Assembly: GCA_012295275.1 (NCBI GenBank)
Contig: CM022665.1
Span: forward strand, 26,226,001 to 26,290,000
DNA length: 64,000 nt
Source: Chrysomallon squamiferum
Lineage: Eukaryota; Animalia; Mollusca
Direction: 5' to 3'
The translations under genes were made by a program, and so were the position numbers. The notes under the pieces were generated by a model. That model was given only the letters and a program-made list of their open reading frames with translations. It ran no database searches and was not told where the DNA came from. This document shows positions 57,394 to 64,000 of this stretch, one piece after another (within the stretch, counting starts at the first letter, position 1; every line of letters starts with the position of its first letter).

Positions 57394-57600
57394 CAGAGGC
57401 ATATCTACTGAAAAGGCTGCCTATGGCAAGCACTGAAATAGCACCCCTGTCCAGACATCTGACATGTATCTTTCAGATAACTTTACCATAAAATCAGTTT
57501 AAAAATACCAATCAGGTTTAATAGAACGTTCTAAGTGGTGTCCCCTTTCAAGTGGCACCCAGGGCATGTGCCATGCTTGCCATATTTTAGGTACTGGCTG
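57394..57600. mobile_element. MITE-like non-autonomous element remnant
   Basis: Perfect 11-bp inverted repeat TATGGCAAGCA (57422-57432) / TGCTTGCCATA (57574-57584), imperfect inverted termini CAG..TATCTA / TAGGTA..CTG, and GC-richer than the flanks. Confidence 0.5.
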
Positions 57601-58530
57601 AAACAATATTAAATGCTGAATTATAATTAAATCCTTGTGACAGCTGAGTACAACTTCAGGTTGAAAATTTTGAAATAGATTTTCTTTCTTTTTTCACATA
57701 GTGAAATAGTTCATTAAGATGTGCTTTAGAGTTTCAAGTGTACTTAATAACAATAGACACTGTAGTCTTTATATTTGTATTTTGTCTTAATAAGGGACAT
57801 CTTAAAGAAATAAGAAAGAAAGTATAAAAGCACAGTGCTAAAAAACAAACTATTAATATAAGTGGGGTTTTATATTATTACTAAAAAGAGTATCAAATTT
57901 CTGAAAGGTATCTAAATGTTATAATTCATCAAAAGTGGATTAGAAAGTACTATCAGGCTGAACATTTGAGTTATCAAATATGTACATATATAATACATTC
58001 TTGGGGGATTATGGCAGTTTATAGAAAATGTCAGATAATAGACTGTTCGTTTTTCATTTCTTTATCACCTGAAAAATAGATGACTACAAATACATTTGTT
58101 TGATGTGATTTAATCAGAATTAAATGTGCCTGTGTTGATGGATTTTGTTTCAGCAAAACCGGTTCAATCAAAGCAAATCATTTTTGTGTTGTTTGAATAT
58201 AAATAATATGGAGACTGTTCAAAGATTAGTAAATGCTATAGGATGCTACAATCAAAGGGACATTATTCTAATACATTAAAATACAACAACATCTTTTCCT
58301 TTTATAATATTGTTTTTAAGACACAGAGTTCTGGTTAATCACTAACACCTGGGTTGTTAGGTACAAGCAATACAGTTAATATGTATAATAAGTATAAAAA
58401 GTGTTTTTAGTGCAATGTGAGAGGACTAGAAGAAAAATAGCAGTGGCATTTGTAAGTTTAAATAAATTTTAATGGGGATTTTGAAATGTATGTACAGTTA
58501 TGGTTTGTATATATACACATATGTTTACAT

Positions 58531-58532
<2 letters not shown>

Positions 58533-58580
<48 letters not shown>
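58533..58580. repeat. (GT)n(GA)n microsatellite
   Basis: Seen directly. Confidence 0.95.
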
Positions 58581-59752
58581 CAGAGTGCACATGTTAATGG
58601 TTTTTTTTTTTTTTTTTTTTTAACTGTGCCCATAAATATTATGACCATTGTAGTTTATACAGTTAAAAAAGTCAGTAAATAAAAATCTAAAAAATCAGAA
58701 ATGATATTGAATATTAAAGAGTTATGTATCTGCATTCATGTCATATGATATATGGAAATTATATTTACAAATGGATAATTATGGTTTCTTATTATATATG
58801 ATATGAGATAAACACCTTTATAAGAGAGTATTATAATTATACACGTTTTTCTATCTTATTACTAATTTAAATACTTTTTTTATTATTACTCTCCTCTCTT
58901 CAAAATGCTGATATACATCACTGCACTAATTAGATGAAAGAATAATATTAAAGATCCTTCAAGAAACATAAATGCAATTGTTAATTATATTTTACAGTCA
59001 CATGAACATTTAACCATTTATGTATGCATTGTTTCCAATAGAAAAAGTTATTCTAAATATCAGTGATAAATAATTTAAATAAATCAAATATAAATGATAA
59101 AACTATATTTAAAAATTAAATATTTTCATTGTTGATTAAAAAGATTAAACCAGATGAAATGAATCTGAAATGTTCTGATTTCAGCTTTTCAATGAATAAA
59201 ATAACAATAAAAGTTTTAAATTTTCTTTAAACCACAAAATAATTAAACTTTCTATTGTGCTTTTAGTTTAAACACCGTGATTATGACTTAACTATTAACA
59301 ATCAATAAACAGATATAAAATAAACAACCACACAAACAAACAAAAAAACCCACAAGAAATGTACAACAATACAAATTGACAAGAGTAAATATCATAGGAT
59401 CATTAACATTTGAAATGCAGAATAATTTCTGTGTCGTGAGACCTATTGAAGAATGGCTGATAGGGAATGATCTCTTGCAGTGTGAGGTACTTTCTGTGTC
59501 ATGGGAGCTGATTACTTCAATCTGAACACTTCATCAACCTCGTTCATCAAGACAGCACTTTATCACGCAGCTTCACAGGATCATAAAACCAGAGAGCATT
59601 AGAAATGGAAGGAAAAGGTCATTCAATCATTACCTTTACCTGTGAGGAAATTGCACAGCATCATCTAATTACTGATGGAGATTATTAAAATCAGTTTTTA
59701 TTCTTATTAATTATTGCAGCTTCTGTTTTGTCATTATTGTTTTTATTGCTGA

Positions 59753-59754
<2 letters not shown>

Positions 59755-59798
<44 letters not shown>
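59755..59798. repeat. (TTA)n microsatellite
   Basis: Seen directly. Confidence 0.95.
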
Positions 59799-59800
<2 letters not shown>

Positions 59801-61032
59801 ATAATTTTAAAAATGTCAGTCTGAAATGGTAAAAATGCCTTCAAAGTGACTATAACCTGTGAAATGTCTATGGAAAACGTTATTAATATTGTTCATTAAT
59901 TTTGTCTTTCATTTGCTGCAGCACATTATTAAATATATTTTTAATTCAGTTATTTGTTTCTGTTGTATTAAAATATTTGTATTAAAATTTTTACTATGAC
60001 TGAAAAACCACTTTTCAAAGAAGACAACTTCAAATAAGATGGGAAAGATATTTTATTCTTTTCTTTTACAAGTGGATTAAAGAAGTGGTTATGGCTATAA
60101 ATATATAGAGCTTTAAATTTGGAAGGAAAGAACCATTTCAATCATTGTTTTTACCTAAAATATAGAAATTTAAAAAGAGTAATTATTTTCAGAATATTTA
60201 CCACTTAATTTACAACTCTTTTTGAAGATCTAGAACTTTACACTTTTAAAGGAAAGCGTGTTTTTTGTTCTTGATTTTTGTTGTTTTTTTTTCTATCATT
60301 TTTTATGCCACAAGAAGTGAAGAATTGATTAAAACAATTATTTAATATTGGAAGATAAACTGTTTGCATTAGTCACTTATACTAATGAATTATTACTTAG
60401 AAAGATGTCATATTTCAAATTTTGTAGGGAAATGTTCTTCATCAATTAACCACAAAACTGGTTATAAACATTTTTTATTATGTGTTTTAAAAACTTTGGA
60501 ATTAAAATGTTTTTCATTCATTACTTTTATCCCAGCTGCTGAACTGCATATACAAATTTTTTAATTGAGAAATGAAAGATTTTTTTCATCCATTCCTTTT
60601 ATCAGAAATGATTACAAAAAAAAAAAAAGGATTTTAAATCCAGAAAGAAAGGTTATTTATTCATTAATTTTGGCCAAAAAATAGAAAAAATAGTCATAAA
60701 ACTGAGATTCACACTGTGAAACTACAAATAAAAGCACAGAGTATTGTCCATGCAATTACAAAAATAATTCTGCAAAATAAACATGAATGTTTTTATTGTT
60801 TTAATTATCAGTATAATTCTTTTGTATTTGCATGCATAGGAAACAGTATTACTGTTGGTAACTGTAACACTATAATAAAATACCAGTGTTTAATTTTTTG
60901 TTGGGATGTCATTAAACATTAATTCATTCATTGATACATAAATAAAGACAGACAAAGAAATCACAGAACAGTACAAATTATAAATTCATTATTACATGGC
61001 TTAATGAATTTACAACTTCTAGAAGAAAAATG

Positions 61033-61341
61033 TTTGACGATTAGAACTGAAGTAACTTTTTTAATGATTATGATTGAAGTAATGTTTTAATGATTAAAAT
61101 CAAACTAATTTTTAAATAATACAAAATCAAATTAATTTTGTAATGATTATAATCAAAGTAATTTTTTAATCATAAGAATCAAAATAATTTGTTAATTATT
61201 AGGATCAGTAATTTTTTAACAATTAGAATCAAAGAAAATGTTTCGTTATTAAGATCAAATATTTTTTTTTTTATGCAATCAAAATAATAATTTTTAATGA
61301 TTAATATCCAAGTTATTTTTAATGATCAGTACAAAAATAAT
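61033..61341. repeat. Degenerate minisatellite, ~26-bp unit x ~12
   Basis: TAATGATTAGAATCAAAGTAATTTTT consensus; anchors 61062, 61088, 61114, 61141, 61167, 61193, 61217. Confidence 0.8.
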
Positions 61342-61749
61342 CTAAAAGCATTTACATTTTACTATGTTTATTTAACTTACAATTTTTGATATCTTTGAGA
61401 TAATTTTTTTAAATGAAATATTTCATCAACACCTGCAGTTTCCTGAAAATGTTTATTCTTATCACAGCTGAAAATGTTAACATGGCAGTTTTTTATTTGG
61501 ATTTTTCAAGTGTAAAATATACATCAAAACAATGTCACTGGAAAACTTTTTGAGACTTAAATTTCAGATTTATACAATAAAAAGGCAAAGAACTGAATCG
61601 TTTATTTTATATTAAATAAATAATTAAAAAGAGTTTACACTTATTTAAAATTTAATGAATAAAATACACTACTTCATTATATAAATAATTTTAATTCAAA
61701 TGTTTGTATACAAGAAAAGGTGTGGGCATATATAAAAAAAACTTTTAAA

Positions 61750-62007
61750 TATACATATATAAATACATAAAGATACATACACACATAAAAAACAAATTCA
61801 CACATATATACACAGATGCAAACACGTACATCTACAGAAATATACATACACAGATGAACCTGTACATACATATATATATACATACCAGCATACATAATAT
61901 ACATACAAACATACACTTTAATACATACATACATTCACACACTGATATATGCACACTCTTACATAAATACATATGTGCATACTCACACACACACACACAC
62001 ACACACA
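61750..62007. repeat. Degenerate (CA/TA)n low-complexity tract
   Basis: Seen directly. Confidence 0.85.
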
Positions 62008-62245
62008 AAATACCTATATAAAAGTTCAGTGTGGGCGATTATATCATGTAATCATCACAGCAGAGAATGATGTTTTGTTTATTTACCTACAACAGGTGAT
62101 GCTGTCTTCTTGTGTGTAATTTATTCTAGGTGTATGTGAGATAGGTAATTCATCACAGGTGAAAAATCAGAGGGAGCAGGGAATAAGACTGTATCCTTTC
62201 ATCAGTTGAGCCATCTAGCTTGATGGAAATCTCGATAGTAAATAT

Positions 62246-62381
62246 AGTATCAATGTTCAGATGTGACTTAGCCAATTTCCTCTTAGTCTAGTATCCATGT
62301 TCAGATGTGACTTAGCCAATTTTCTCTTATTTCAGTATCCACATTTAGATGTGGTGTAGCCAGTTTGCTCTTACTACAGTG
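62246..62381. repeat. Tandem repeat, 44-bp unit x 3
   Basis: AGTATC.ATGTTCAGATGTGACTTAGCCAATTT.CTCTTA at 62246, 62290 and (diverged) 62334. Confidence 0.9.
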
Positions 62382-63004
62382 TATTGTTGTTTTCAAGTTC
62401 CAGGTGCAAGATCTTTTTATTTAAAAAAAAAAAATGTCTCAGTGTTTATTAATGTCATACACAGACATGATATCTCCACTTTACAATCATGTTATCACTG
62501 GATGATTTCAAAGGTGGAGCATTATCTCATTACTGTTTAAAATAATGTGAAAAATGTCAGAAGTTGGAGGGATATGTTGTTCAACTTGAATTTTATAATT
62601 ATTAAACTGGCTCCCGATATTAATATGAATCTTGTATTAAATTATTTTCTTATTTTAGGGTAATTAAAATATTTATGGTTCTGATTAATTTAGCTTTATT
62701 TAAAATCAAATTAAAGAGTAATATTAAATCTGATATAATTACTGATAGAGAATTTGGATGAAATAAATGAAATTAAATTTAAATTAAACTTTGAATGATA
62801 AAAAAACAAAAAAAAATGTGTGGAATTCAATGTTATAAGAAATGGCTGTCATGACTGACAAATTGTAATAATAATTTAATAGTAAAAAGTGTAAAAACTG
62901 TATAGATAAAAGCAGTAATTTGATGAAAATGACAGTTCAACCGAATTATAACATTATGATATAAAACAACAGAAATAAAAAGGTAAAATAACTTTAGTTG
63001 AATG

Positions 63005-63150
63005 TAGTAGTGTTAATGTATTAAAATGACGGTGGTAATGTATCAAAATGGCAGTAAAATCGGAGTGGAAATTATAGTGTTAATATATTAAAATGACAGT
63101 GGTGATATAATAACATGATAGTGTTAATGTTTTAAAATCTCAGTGTCAAA
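63005..63150. repeat. Degenerate minisatellite, ~22-bp unit x ~6
   Basis: AGTGTTAATGTATTAAAATGAC-like units at 63009, 63031, 63076, 63098, 63120. Confidence 0.7.
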
Positions 63151-63235
63151 AAAGAATGGCAATAGAAGACAACACAAGTAATTTGTTAAAGTGAATGGTA
63201 TTACATTAACAGTAATGGTAATCTGGTAATTCCTA

Positions 63236-63236
63236 C

Positions 63237-63273
<37 letters not shown>

Positions 63274-63330
63274 TATTATTATTATTATTATTATTTATTT
63301 TGTATTTATTTATTTATTTTATTATTATTT
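63236..63330. repeat. (ATT)n / (ATTT)n microsatellite
   Basis: Seen directly. Confidence 0.92.
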
Positions 63331-64000
63331 AAATTTTTTTTTTATCTTCTTCGTATACACTCTATTCAGGAAATTGAATCAAATGGAAAAGTGGAGAAAA
63401 AGATATGCTCTTTATCATGTAAGCTTCATTTCTCAATCTGTAAATACTTCAACATTTAATAAGATCAGATAATTCCTATCATATGTAAGCTAACTGTCTG
63501 TACTGAGCTCTTCAAGATGTGAGGAGAGAAAATCTAAAATTAGAGCCATCTTGTCAAACCTGGTACTTAGAGTGTCAGGATGAGTCATGAATTCATAAAA
63601 ACAAAATATGTTTTTCTTTTAATATTATCTTAAATTAAAATAAAAAATACTTAGGCAAAGCTTTTAATTTAAAAAAAATAAAAATAAAAAAAATAATTTA
63701 TATATATTTTAATTTTGTGACTAAAAGTATAAATAAAACATGATACTTGATTATTTTTGATTTTTTTAAATGTGTTCAAAATTAAAATTTAATAAAAATT
63801 AATATATTTATCTGTTTTTGCTTGTTTGTTAGTTTGACTTCTTTGTTGTTTCTGACCTTTTAATTTTTGGATGGGATAGGATATGCTTTTTTTCTCTCTG
63901 TAGCAATTATGGAAACTGGTATGACATTGTACAACACAAGAGAATATTACCAGCAGATCTGAAATATAATGATATCACAGATACACGGTAATATTTAGAG

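Overview
This is very AT-rich, microsatellite-dense eukaryotic (metazoan) genomic DNA, probably molluscan or gastropod. None of the supplied six-frame ORFs is a real gene. One spliced protein-coding gene can be reconstructed by hand on the minus strand: 7 coding exons at 12552..7597 with all GT-AG introns, an 885-nt CDS and 294 aa. It encodes a two-domain rhodanese / 3-mercaptopyruvate sulfurtransferase (TST/MPST family) protein and probably has a non-coding first exon ending at 13317. The protein keeps the catalytic Cys (residue 247) but has a non-canonical active-site loop (CLTGLT) and substitutions at several MPST/TST specificity positions. This is the most interesting signal in the window. 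A CpG-retaining zone at about 12.9-17.4 kb looks like promoter/intergenic DNA. The remaining ~46 kb is CpG-depleted and non-coding as far as I can tell. It contains several decayed copies of a tRNA-derived SINE, MITE-like remnants, old minisatellites (22, 26, 32, 44, 70 and 87 bp units), many microsatellites and short enhancer-like islands. I found no CRISPR array, rRNA, intact tRNA, intact transposase/RT, or multi-gene novel system.
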